From: Carcharhinus amblyrhynchos
Lineage: Eukaryota
DNA: 64,000 nt
Direction: 5' to 3'
NCBI GenBank assembly: GCA_965287045.1
Contig: OZ336870.1
Span: 121,768,001 to 121,832,000, forward strand
The notes under the pieces are model-generated. The model did not search any database and was not told the DNA's origin. It saw only the letters and a list, made by a program, of their open reading frames with translations. Positions within the stretch are counted from its first letter, which is position 1. The number at the start of each line of letters is the position of its first letter. Of this stretch, positions 24,916-37,518 are shown piece after piece. The position numbers and the translations under genes are program-made.

Positions 24916-27900
24916 TTTTACTGATTACAATGACTGAGCTACATTTACTGCTTAACAGTATTAGCACTACTGCTGAAGGTGTTGAAAGAAGTTCAGATGA
25001 GGAGAGGTTGTCTCATGGCAGTCAATATCTTCCACAGAAGTATCCTCCATTGAATCGATAAAAATAGAAGGGGCACTTGTGCAAGAATGCATCATTTCCA
25101 TCATCATAGTCCTGGAGTATACGGAAAGAAGAACTTAGCTCATGTCAAAAGTTGGATCTGCCTTGGGACACTTAAACCTGGGTTCAAAAAGATGCATAAC
25201 GGCTGAAGTACAGTGTGAAATATTTTGCACTATTATAGTCCATGGTTGCCACAATAGGTCAATGCTCCAGCCAATATAGAGAATATAACTACTCCAGATA
25301 TCCTCACTATCATTTTTTTCTGGACGGGTATATTGTACATCATGCAGAAGTACAGCGGTTGCGGTGCCAATTCATTCTCGGAATGAGTTCATACAGATAT
25401 CTTTATAGGGAAATGCTCCTGGAGTAAGGTGCGAAATCTATAAGTAAATAAGAAATACTTAAACATAAAAGTATACTTAATACAAGTATACAATTGTATA
25501 AGTTTATACAATTTATTCATACATTTATTTTTTGAGTCAATTTATTACCTTCAAGTTGATCTTTCCTCCTTGCCTGACATTGCCAATAGAGAATATATCC
25601 TTGCAATATCACTGGAAGCATCTGAACTCAGGTCCTGAGGGGAGTCTGGGACCTTAATTTAACTGATGAAGCTTTATGAAAATGCTTCATGAAGCAAATC
25701 TTTGCAGGTGGCAGGAATTCACTGGCTAGAAAAACACATTCATAATGTTACCTCTTTCAGCAAATTTACAAGTATGTGTGACACTATTTCTCATCAACCA
25801 AGTATGTTCTAGTTCAATGGCTCCCAATGTCTTTTGCCAAGCCTCCTTTTCGAAATGCATGTAATGTATGCTAAGAATCATTTGCATTAATTATATTTCT
25901 GCAGCTTTATCATTTTAGGTGTCTCTCATGCACTTGTCACACCTTTATAATGAAAATAAAATATCCGTCCAATTGTCAAGTTGGTAAAACTGACTCCATA
26001 ATCCCTCCAGAGTTTATCTATTTGTTTATAGCAGAGAAGTCAAACAATACTAATGTTTCAGTAAATCTACTGCCAGGGCTAAACTTTTCTTGGATATATC
26101 CATTCCCAATGGTGGATCTAAAGGTCAACATGGTATCCACACTTGTTCATGCCAAAGGAACCTAGCAAATTGTTTAACTAATTTACTGATTGGCATATCC
26201 CATGCATTAGTCCAGAAACAAACAAGAGTGAAAAAAAAATCTCTATCCACCCACCAATGTGGTAACACTACCCTCCCCCTCATAAGCTGTGCTGACCTCC
26301 ACTCTGGGGACCAGTATACACTACTGGTAAACAACACTGGTCTGGCAGGGTTCAGAGAAAACAGAGCCAAAGATACCAAGTGCAGTATTTAATATGGAAG
26401 CAGCTGGGAAAACAGTCAGAATTAAAACTGAATTCATTATGGACAACAGAACGTCCCCAAGGCCAAAATATTTATGTGTTTGCTTAGGAAATCTGGGTTT
26501 GTAGAAACAACACACCATTGACAAAATATTGATCTCGTTCTGTCATATCAAGTTAACACCACATACTGAAAAACATTGAGGTCTGCTGTGCCACTGGAAA
26601 TGTTGCACTTTGGGAACTCTGATAGAAAACGACCTGCAATAAGGAAAGATACCTCTTTTTAGACAGAATGTAATAACTCTTCAAATAAAATAAAAAGGAG
26701 CCCTTTGATTGTAATTCAAATCCATTTGTTCCAAATAAACTAGAAAGAGACATGGTACAGAGTTACACTGGTATTATGTATTGTGCTGTATTTGCCAAAT
26801 TATAACAATTAGCTTCATTTCCTGCAAACTACTTGTGGTAACAAGTTGCAGCTTGTGTCAGCCATCGGCAATGCTTTAAAAGACCAACAATGGTGAAGAA
26901 ATATGCATTAAGTCGTGGCACAGAAATATATATTAGATCTCTTGGATGACAAGTCCTTAGGGAGAGGTTTAAGGAAAAGATCAAAGGCAGTTTTTTTTTC
27001 CCCATTTTGAATTATTCCAGTGTTGGTGAATGTGACATAATTACAAAAGATATTAGACGTGCATCCTATCAGGATTATCTAACACTCATCTTTGTTGGAA
27101 AAGTCTTCCCAGCTGTTGCTTTGCCAGAACAAATGCAACAAGAGTGAATAACACAAGTACTTATAAGTGACCACAGCTAAGGGTCCCGCCTAAGATTAGT
27201 AGACCTGCAATCGATCGCTGCTATGAAAGGCAGCTACGTACACAAACTTCAGTCCTATCAAAGTACCCTCCAGCTGTTTCTAACTATATTGGTTAAAGTA
27301 AATTGTCAAGGCATAGTCCAAGAGAAGAAAAAAATGTATTACAGGCATCTGCAATCAATAAATCTTGCTTCACAGCATATAACTAGTGTCAATAATCAAT
27401 GAATTTCAGATGGAGCTTTGAGTCTAGTTTTTAAAATGGCACAATTTAGATTTGTTTGTAGAAAAATGTTAGCCAGAAAAAGAAAATGGTTTCCATCCTT
27501 GGTGACAAAGAAGGAACAAGCAGAAATTTTGAAGTTCAAAAAAAAAACCTTTTTATTTCTTCCCCTTCATAGATTTCATTCTCTTCATCCATTATTAATG
27601 AAGTTAAACTACTACTAACATGCCAAATGTGCTGCATTGGAGATTTGTGCTTAATCCAGCACAAAACAGGCCCAGTCACATAATGATGAAAAAAAGAACA
27701 AATGTCAACAGTTTCACACTGAGACTGGATTAGGCAGACCATACTTAGTTACTTCTTACACAGGGATTATCTCACTTTTAGTGTCATTGAGGCAGACCAC
27801 ACTCTTTTTCTCATATTTCTTTTTTTAAAGACCCGAGTAGTAGCTACAAAAAGTTTATGGCAGTATTCTTAAATCAGGAGGCACAGCAAGATTTTACTTA

Positions 27901-29297
27901 TTACCCACATTTTAAGACTTTCTCATCAGTCTGACATACATTAAGTCAATGAAGGCGAGAAATCCAAATGTACCAACAAGTAATATTGGTAAATTTGCAG
28001 GATTAGTTCAGATTTATACATTTAGTACAAAAGATGGTAATGCAATTTTTCAATGATATAATTACTGAATCCATTCAATATATCAATTTAAATAAATCAG
28101 ACATTTGCTTCAATGTTCAAGGCAAAAAACCTGTGAAATATTTAAGCATATGATCTTTAGGATGGAAGTTACAGTAAATACTTCAAAAGATCTTCCAGCT
28201 GATACAGCACTGGGGTGGCAATGCTTACCTTACCATCCTAATAATATTGATCTTCCAAAGTGAAAATCACCCTAATCAATCAAATAATTCAGATTATTTT
28301 CAACTATCACTTTTCTTTCCACATTTAGGCCAATGTATACCACTTGAAATATTTATAATATCCAAAAATAAAACATTATGCAATAATAGCAAAAATCACT
28401 TACATGTACCTCACTAAAATGCTCATTTAATACTTGAAATGCATGCAACAATAAGTTTGCCTCACGTAGCTTTTGTTTGGGCTCTGGGGCTTGGTGCTAG
28501 CATTTATCTGGCACAATGGACAAATTCTGGACTGGATTTTACCAGGCACCATTTTTCTCACCACCACCAAACCTTTACCATCACCATCCCCCGCCCCCCC
28601 CTCCACCACCTCACCAATACCCTCCCACCAAACTCCTGGTTAAAATGTCAGCTGGGAACCTGCCCACCAAAAACCACCTTAGTGTCAGTTGACCAATGTA
28701 ATTGGCCAGAAGCTCTGTCGTCTCTGCAGCACCAGATTCAAATGTTCACCACTACTGAGACCAAAACCGGCCACTGAAGAAGAGGAGATTATGGAGGCTG
28801 GATTTCAGGTAGATCAAGGGCATTGATCAGGCTTGGTTAGCAGACCCCAGTGAGGATGGTGAGGACATAGGAAGTTGGGTTTCAGAAGCTGAGGGAAGTT
28901 GGCAGATTGGAAGTTGGGATGAGGGTTAAGGACAAGGTATGATGTTGAGGGAGAGACATACTTCCAATGTGCAATAGGGCCCCCAAATTAGAGTTCCCTC
29001 CTGCCTTGTCCAATACCAGTATGTTTCATTGAAGGTGCTGGGCTACCCACTTGGTGTGGGCCTCCCCCAGGCAATAGTAAAATAGCAGCATGAGGGGATG
29101 AAGCATAAGGATCTCAATAGGTCCAAGGGCAGGCAAAAAATCTGCCTGATACTTCCCATAAAATGGGAGACAGGTCTGGGAGGATTGTTAAGGCAGGAGG
29201 CAAGCCATTTGGCCATTTCCCATAATTCACAAACTCACTCACCACTACACACACATCACCACCCCACCCCCCCTCCGTCTCCCCCATCCCCTATCAC

Positions 29298-29429
29298 NNN
29301 NNNNNNNNNNNNNNNNNNNNNNNNNNNNNNNNNNNNNNNNNNNNNNNNNNNNNNNNNNNNNNNNNNNNNNNNNNNNNNNNNNNNNNNNNNNNNNNNNNNN
29401 NNNNNNNNNNNNNNNNNNNNNNNNNNNNN
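29298..29429. other. Assembly gap (132 N)
   Basis: Run of N directly after a C-rich tract. Confidence 1.
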
Positions 29430-29513
29430 CAAATTTCAAGGACAAAGTCATTAAAATGCACCAAACAATGCCTCACATTAGTAAGTCCCTACCCTGTTAA
29501 GCCAGCTGGAATG

Positions 29514-29843
29514 TCATAGAATCATAGAATCTCTACAGTGCAGAAAGAGGCCATTCAGCCCATTGAACATGCACCAACAACGATCCCACACAGGCCTTAT
29601 CCCTGTAACCCCACGTATCTACCTTGCTAGTCTCCTTGACACTAAAGGGCAATTTAGCATGGCCAATCAACCTAACTGGCACATCTTTGGACTGTGGGAG
29701 GAAACCAGAACACTCAAAGGAAACTCATGCAGTCATGGGGAGAATGTGCAAACTCCACTCAGACAGTGACCCAAGCCAGGAATCGAATCGGGGTCCCTGG
29801 CACTGTGAGGCAGCAGTGCTATCCACTGTGTCACCGTGCCACC
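29514..29843 (-). mobile_element. HE1-type SINE, full length
   Basis: Same head, core and tail as 2345-2688. Confidence 0.9.
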
Positions 29844-30599
29844 CAAGGGTCGGAGTGGGACCAAACTGGAGACCTAATGCAAAAGGAATCAAAACAGTCT
29901 TGAGTCTTCAAAAGTTGATATGGTACTGTTTTCAAATAATTAATATCTTCTGCGATTGACAACATAATGCTACAACGATTCTGGGGAATTTCTGGAAAAT
30001 AGTTAGCAGAAGTGGGTTTATCCCATTTTCCAGCTCCAGTCGAAGAATTAGCCAAAGATTGATCTTGGATCTTGGGTCCATAGTATTTTCCTGAACCATA
30101 GAAAATAGATAAATAAACAAAATTACAGAAAGAATTCTGTATGTAACGTTGGAAATCAGTTCTTCTCCATCCATCTGTTTACAATGCGGCTTTGGGCAGC
30201 AATGGTCAAGAAATATACAGAATTTTATATTTCTTACTTTCACCTTTTCTTCTTTGCCAATGTCCTGTCAACAGGATGCTTGAACATAATCTTTTGCAAA
30301 ATATTTTACTCAATAAGCTGTAAACACCTCACTCCGAGACTAAGCATTGTTTAAACTGTCACACAAAAAACATACTGAAAACAACCACATGAATAAAATA
30401 TCTACATTATTTATTTTGTCAAGAAAATTTCCCACAAATTATTGGCAGGTTAATGCTTCTCACAAGGCAAAATTCAATGCCATTTACTTGATTGCCATAA
30501 AATAATTTCCTTGGGCATGAGTAGCACAGCAGGACAGGAGATATCAGTAGGAGGCCTGTAGCAGCATTCACAGCCAGCATTCAGCTGACTGAAAGTCTC

Positions 30600-31510
30600 C
30601 CAGGCCATTTTTTTTAATGTTATCAGCCAGTAATCAGTGCGAGGCTGATTACCAAATGGGAATTCACATTTCTGTGTCATTAGCAATCCTGGGACAGTAT
30701 CATCCAGGCTTGCTAATGTCTCCCACTCCACCGGGAGAGATTCCCACTAGCAGGAATCAGAGCTGGTCCCCATAGAAGGGGACCAAGTGTGATCACTCTG
30801 CTGATGGGGACAGAGGCCATTAAAGCTCACCTGGGAGGTCGGAGGCGGTGGGGGGGGGGGGGGTGCCCCTTGGACAGTGCTAGCTTGACACTGCTAGCCT
30901 GTTCCCTGGCACTATCCACCAGGCATCCTGGCACTGCCAAGGATCTCGGCCTGACGGGCAGGGTCTACTGGTGGCGGGGCTGATCAGTGGAGGTGGTGTG
31001 GGGACCTTCTGCACACTCCACATTTGGGATCGGTGGGGTTAGGAGGAAGAGGATGATTGAGTTGGTCATGGAAGGGGAGGTCAGGCTGGACATGGGAATG
31101 GGGGTGGGGGGAGTCATGGAGGCCTTCGATCAGGGGGTTGTGGTCACAGAGGCCAGCAATCAGGAGGTGGGGGGTGGTTCACAGAGACCAGCAATTGGAG
31201 GAGTAGGGCTGGGGAAGACATCAGGAGGCTGGCGATCGGGCAGCTGGAGATGAGGATGGGGGGCCAGTGTGCATGTGCCAACCTCCTTATTGACAGATTG
31301 GTGCATGTACATTGGCCCCGCTCAGTGTGTTTCTTCTGGCTTCTCCAATGGGTTCAGGTTCTACCACCACCCCCCCATGTGAATCACGTTAGGGAATCTG
31401 TGATGCCCAGAGTCATGCACAGAATTCATTCCACTCAGTTCACCCAAAAAACCGGTGCAAAAAACTCCTGTATTCCCAACCATTGGACACTTAGCTTTTT
31501 TTGGGAGAAT
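30600..31510. mobile_element. GC-rich non-autonomous DNA element
   Basis: Ends GGGAGAATCCGCCC; GGCACTGCC motifs and G-runs similar to 22650-23590. Confidence 0.4.
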
Positions 31511-34344
31511 CCGCCCCCCCCCAACCCCCGCAACCCTGCTTGAATAATTTCTTTCTGGCTTACAAACAAAGAATCCAGACCATTTTGTGAATGATTAAGC
31601 TTGCTACCAATCACAGAACTTTCTGCTAGCACAAAAGCACTGCCCCTGTAATAATTCAGAATAGCAACCCTAAAGCCAGGTCAAGTGGTTTTAACAGTAG
31701 AGTAATATCTTAAAAAGCAGTACTTTCTTGACCTAAATATACACTGGTTGTGGTGTTAGGCATTAGAAGTGCCTTTAGAGTTCTTTACAAACCTGTAACA
31801 CCACATCTTTCTTGACGAACTGATTTTGAGATCTCCTTTCAGCCATTTGCTTTTTAAGAGAGCTAAGGGGCCAAAAGAAACCATAGAAATAACGTTAAAT
31901 GTTTTATTTTATTGTTGAAACTCACAAGAAACATGATCTAGTTTTCATATAGTGTCTTGGTGTTGTCACTGGTGTTATGCTCTTCTTTAAACAGCTATAT
32001 AAGAATTTTACACCCATCTGAACAGACAGATGGATGCTGAAAATCTCTGTCCTTGTTTGTGGCTGGGATTCTCCAGTGCTGCTGAAAGAGAATGGAGGTT
32101 TGGCTGGAACACAAAATTCTCCATTCTCACTTGCAGGGGAATGGGCATGGATGAGTTAAGAGAATCCTGTCCGAAGTCTCAGTTTAGCATCTCAACCGAA
32201 ACAGAATGGCTGACATCTTCTGCCCCACAGGAGGTGAGGGAGAATGCAGGTGGACCTGACGATTGGGTGGATTGACATCCGGACCGACTCCCGACACCTT
32301 CCCGCCTCCACTGGAAGTAACCTCTGGGCAGGAAGACCCGTGGTCAACCTTCTTGCCCCACTTCCACTTGAGCTTCTTAAGTGGACAATTAACGACCACT
32401 TAAGGCCTTCTTTCCAAATCCACTGCCAACTTCCTAACTCCAGGCAAATCTATTGACACGTGGCGGTATGATTGTTAAAACCACATGGGTTGCATGTCAG
32501 CTGGAAGTGAGGGCAGCAGTGTACACCAATCTGTGCATAATTGAGAATAATCATATGAGGCAGCAGGTGGTTGCTGACAACCATTTCAGTACTTTGTTGC
32601 AAAATGCGCAAACTCCTTTCTCCACAACCCCTGGCACCACTCCCCCCCACCCCACCCCACCCCCACAAATCTCCCATCACTCCATCAACAACACTTATCT
32701 GTTTCCTGGGTCGCGATACTGGGGCTCCAAGGGATGTTGTTCCAGCAGCAGCCACTGTACCCCGAGGTATTGATGCATGCAAGAGATGCCAACCTCCGTT
32801 TGGCCAGCAGCTTTTGACAGCCAGGAAGTTGCTTCAACCTAGAGGAAGGCCCAACACTGCCCACTTAACTATCTGGTGGACAAAAGGTATGATGAGCCTT
32901 CTTTCTCAGAATCAGCATGGATGCCTTTTCTAAAGCTGCGAGTGAGACACACAGCAAGAATGGAAGATTCCTTTCAATGCCTCTGAATCATCCCCTCATT
33001 ACTACAACAAATGGAAAAATTTCCATTACATTCAATGCATGTAGAAATTGTTTTCACATTTTATGTTATAAGAAGTATAAAGGCTTTAATCACTTGAGAG
33101 GTAAATTCTCCCTGGCTACTTCAAAAATAATCAATTAAAATTCATCATTAAACTAACATTATAATCTTCATTATTCAATCCTAATCAGTTGGTTTCCACA
33201 GATGATATTTTCAACAGGCCAGGCACCATAGGAGACAATAATGTTCTCAGTATTTAATAATGAGTACCTGCATTGATTCTTTGAATATTTAGTCCCATTT
33301 TAACCAGATGTTCATCTGACATCTGTTCTATATAAGTATAACTGTGGTAGAGAAAAGGAAAAATGCCTATAGTCTCACTTGAGGCTTGTCAATATTATTA
33401 TACTCATAATTATAATCCATCTAGCTTAAGAGGTTGATCATTGTGAAGCCCCTTAGCTCCATTTTGTGTCCATCGCCTGCTTAATGCGATGCCAATGCAT
33501 GAAACTGCTGTTTATATCACTAATTCCAATAGTTTGTTCCTAATAAATGCTGCATTAGTATAAAATTGAAGATTATCTTTAACATCTTCTCATCTCATTT
33601 TTAACCTTTCATACTTACTGTTGAATCTCTGAAGGCATTGCACATGGTTACTGGAGTGCTCACTGGTGTCATATTTAAGGTTAAAAACTAAAGATTGCGA
33701 AGGCACAACTGCAGAAAAAGAACAGATGAAGACAGGAAAAAAAATCAGTTATTACATAATGGATAAGGGAAGGAAATAAATGTGACAACTTGTGTTACAT
33801 TTGTGATGCAGCGCACCTTGGTGAGTAGCTCTGAAATTCAGCAATGCCAAACAGCATTCCAGCAATACATCAGCAGACTGATACTTATCTGTAATTGAAG
33901 CGTTATATACTTGAATACAGTGACAGCTGCCACTCCCCTAAATACGATCAGCTAGGGACCAGGCATAAAGACATTTCTACATTTATAATGCACCTACATA
34001 TCTAGATTTTCATCAATTATAAAACTCAACTTTCTGGATAAAAAGAAAAGGAAAGAAATATTTGCATTTAAATCATCAATTACAGTATTTTCAAGGATTC
34101 CATTTTGTTTCCATCAGCAGGTGGTTTAGAGAATACACAGCGACAAAGAATTCTGCTGCTGTTGCCTGCCAGTCAGGCCAGGCCAGCCTAGACTGATATT
34201 ACACATGGCAAGGTGAAGCAGTTCAAAGCCAGGGCTTCTTGGACTAGAACTGTGTGAGGAAACCCTCCAAGGACATCTGCAGTCTCCTGTAATGCAAGTC
34301 AGCAGCCTCTCATCAGCCAGTATGGCATTGCATAGAAGTATCAG

Positions 34345-34597
34345 TGATGTGAAGATGCCAGTGTTGGACTGAGGTAAACACTGTAAGGAGTCTCACAACA
34401 CCAGGTTAAAGTCCAACAGGTTTATGTGGTAGCAAAAGCCACTAGCTTTTGGGTCTCTGACCCTTCGTCAGCTGAGTGGAGAGTGGAGAGGGAGAACTCT
34501 CCACTCACCTGACGAAGAGTCAGAGGCCCAAAGTTAGTGGCTTTTGCTACCAAATAAACCTGTTGGACTTTAACCTGGTGTTGTAAGACTTCTTACT
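34345..34597. mobile_element. Palindromic Penelope-like insertion (two inverted pLTR ends)
   Basis: Arms about 34382-34480 and 34495-34597 are near-perfect reverse complements; flanked by the direct repeat TAGAAGTATCAG (34333-34344 and 34597-34608). Confidence 0.85.
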
Positions 34598-35202
34598 AGA
34601 AGTATCAGGCCAGCAAAAAGTAAACAGAAGACAAGGACTCAAAGGTGATTCATTAACATTTGTATGGAATTTTGGACGGTTTGATTGATAAAGTTGGTTT
34701 GGAATGTTGGTTTTATCTTACTTTATCTTGCATTTTCATTTCAGAAACTTGAGATGGTAAGGATTGGAACTGTTGCTGAATAACGAATTGGGACTGTGTG
34801 CATTGGTACCGCAGTTGGATGAGAGTTGATTGTAGACAATTCAGCTGGAGTAAAAATGTGTTGGTTTCATGCTCCTCAATTTCTCACAATATACCTGGTG
34901 GTAAGTCCTTCATAATGGCAAGGTTGTGCAGACAACCACAAATTGAAGACTTGTATTTTGATGAGTACTGCACAGCAACTTCAGGGCAGTCCCAGCACCT
35001 GAGGAATTTGTCCTATTCAATGATATTTTATGTGGCAGCATAATTCTAGTTACATGCATGTTCCCCTTACATGCATGAGTTGTGCACCTGAGCCATGAGC
35101 CAGGTGGTCAGCCTTTATCAATCAGTATCTATCCACTGATCTCTTGTGGTGGTGCAGATTCTGGTGCTACACTGGTTTGACACAGAGAAGAGGCAAGAGA
35201 TT

Positions 35203-36070
35203 TATGAGCAAGGGGGAGAGATTTGTGAGGGGGGTAAGATTTGTGAGAGAAGGGGAGAGATTTGAGAGAGAGATTTGTGAGAGAGGGGATGAGATTTATG
35301 AGAGGGGGTAAAATTTGTAAGGGAAGGGGAGAGAGTTATGAGTGAGGGAGTGAGATTTGTGAGAGGGGGAGAGATTTGTGAGGGGGGAGAGAATTGTGAG
35401 GGGATGAAATTTGTGATAGAAGGATTACATTTGTTTGGGACGGGGAGAGATTTGTGAGGGGGCTGAGATTTTGGGAGAGAGATTTGTGAGAGAGGGGGAG
35501 AGATTTGTGAGGGGGAGATTTGGGTGAGAGATTTGTGAGAGGCAGTGAGATTTTTGAGAGCGGGAGTGAGATTTTTGAGATCAGGAGTGAAATTTGGGAG
35601 ACTGAGGAGAGATTTGTGAGAGAGGGGGTGAGATTTGTAAGGGAGGGGTAGAGATCTGTGAGAGAGGGAGGAGTTTATGACAGCAGGAGAAAATTTATGC
35701 AAGTGGTGGGGGGAGATTTCTGAGAGCAGCATGGTAGAGCTGTGGAACTGGGTAGTGAATTGTGAGAGTGGGAATGCTGAGCTGCGAGAGGCAGGGTGAG
35801 TAGAGCAGAGCTGTGAGAAGAATGGGTGTTGGATACAGTGGGGCTGCGACAGTGGGGCTTACAGTCTTTACAGAGGTTGCAGGTAGAGCTATGAAAGTAT
35901 AATAGGAAAGATAACTGTGCAAGCAGGGGACAACGGGGTAGAACTGTGAGGAGGGGGGAGTACAACTGTGAAGTAGGGAGGTGAGGGATGGAAGTGGGTG
36001 GTGAGGGGTGGAATTGGGGAGTGAGGGGTGGAAGGGGGGGCAAGGGGTGGAAGTGGGGGAGGGAGAGCAG
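35203..36070. repeat. Purine-rich degenerate minisatellite (GAGATTTGTGAG-type unit, drifting to AGAGCTGTGAG and GGGGTGGAA units)
   Basis: Many visible GAGATTTGTGAG variants at 35215-35725. Confidence 0.85.
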
Positions 36071-36109
36071 GCATGGCGGTTACCTACTGTTTTGCATTCT
36101 GTAGGAAGC

Positions 36110-36300
36110 ATTGATTGGGCCTTGGATTAAGCACCAAGTTCAATTCCTGTACTGCCTAAGGTTTATAATGAAGGCGCGCCTTCTCAACCTTGCCCCTTGA
36201 AGGTGTGGTGATCCTCAGGTTAAATCATCAGCAGTCAGCTCTCTCACACAAAGGGGAGAGAAGCCTATGTTCATCTGGGACTATGGTGACTTTACCTTTA
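36110..36300 (+). mobile_element. tRNA-derived SINE with a (TTTACC)-type tail
   Basis: B-box-like AGTTCAATTCC; GGTGATCCTCAGGTTAAATCA; ends CTATGGTGACTTTACCTTTA. Confidence 0.55.
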
Positions 36301-36889
36301 TCTTGGTTGATGACACCTTTAAATCGTACCAGTGTGGTTAGAGTCCATCTTTCTGCTGAATGCATGTTTAGCAGTGAGCAGTTTGGAACAGGCATTAGTT
36401 GGAGCATTCAGGTTAAAAATGGTACCACTGTTGTCAAATTGGACTTATACCTGACTGGCTTCATAACCTGCCTGTTCTGCATACTTCCTGCACACAGTTC
36501 CAAAGCTCACCTTTAAGACACACCCAGAATGGCATCCAGCATGGCCTGTACCAAAAGTGTGCAGGCAGAACAGACACCATTTTGAAGTCAAAACACCTCC
36601 CATGGGCACTGCTGAATTTCATTTTATAGCCTTAATCTCTCTCCTTCCATGCACTCACAGGGCTTACCTTCTGTCCTTTTCTCTACTCCCCCATTCCCTG
36701 CCTCCGTTCCATGCTCCAGTTCTAACGGAAGATCATTGATCAGTAGCTCTTTTCTTTTCTCCATGAATGCTGCCTTTCCTGTTGTGTATTTCCAGCATTT
36801 TCTGCAACATAAAGACTTGCAGTTTGCTGCTACCATTTTAACGTTTATAAGGTGTGCCATTTGCCTGTGATATGGCCAATTAATGTTCA

Positions 36890-37065
36890 TGATGTGAAGA
36901 TGCCAGCGTTGGACTGGGGTAAGCACAGTTAAGAAGTCCACAACATCAGGTTAAAGTCCAATAGGTTTATTTGGCAGCACTAGCTTTCAGAGTCTCAAGC
37001 TCCTTCATCAGGTGAATGAGGGCTTTTCTTCACAAACAGGGCATATAAAGACACAAACTCAATTA
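36890..37065 (-). mobile_element. Penelope-like pLTR end with a minimal hammerhead ribozyme motif
   Basis: Same family as 34345-34597; minus strand reads CAC-CTGATGA-AGGAGCTTGAGACTCT-GAAA-GC-TA-GTG. Confidence 0.8.
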
Positions 37066-37214
37066 AGTAATGTCCAACATAACTGTTATTTGGATTACAT
37101 CATGCAACTACACTTCAACTCAAATCAGGCTATACAAATATCATTTAACTTCAAGTAACATGATTCATTAGCAGAAGCCTGTCATTCAGTGGAGTCCACC
37201 AAAGAAACCTCATG

Positions 37215-37518
37215 GAATCATAGAATCCCTATGGTGCATTCGGAGCCATTTGGCCCACCATGCCTGCACCAACAATCCCACCGAGGCTCCATTCCTGCAA
37301 CCCCATGTATTTACCCTATTTACCCAAAATTGCCCCTAATTTAGCATGGCCAATCGCACTATCTTGCATATCATTTGGGAGGAAACCAGAGCACCCAGAG
37401 GAAACCCACGCAGACACAGAGAGAATGTGCAAACTCTATACAGACAGTCACCAAGGCCAGAATTGAACATGGGTCTCTGGCATTGTGAGGCAGCAGTGCC
37501 AAACACTGCCACCATGCT
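37215..37518 (-). mobile_element. HE1-type SINE
   Basis: GAATCATAGAATCC tail, GGAGGAAACCAGAGCACCC core, tRNA head. Confidence 0.85.

Noticed and set aside
27536-27620. Peptide DEENEIYEGEEIK as an exon
   Set aside because: Weak acceptor and donor; explicable by purine-rich composition
29098-29476. ORFs spanning the N run
   Set aside because: Artefacts of the assembly gap
35202-36111. Ser/Pro-rich ORFs of 122-176 aa
   Set aside because: Antisense translation of a minisatellite
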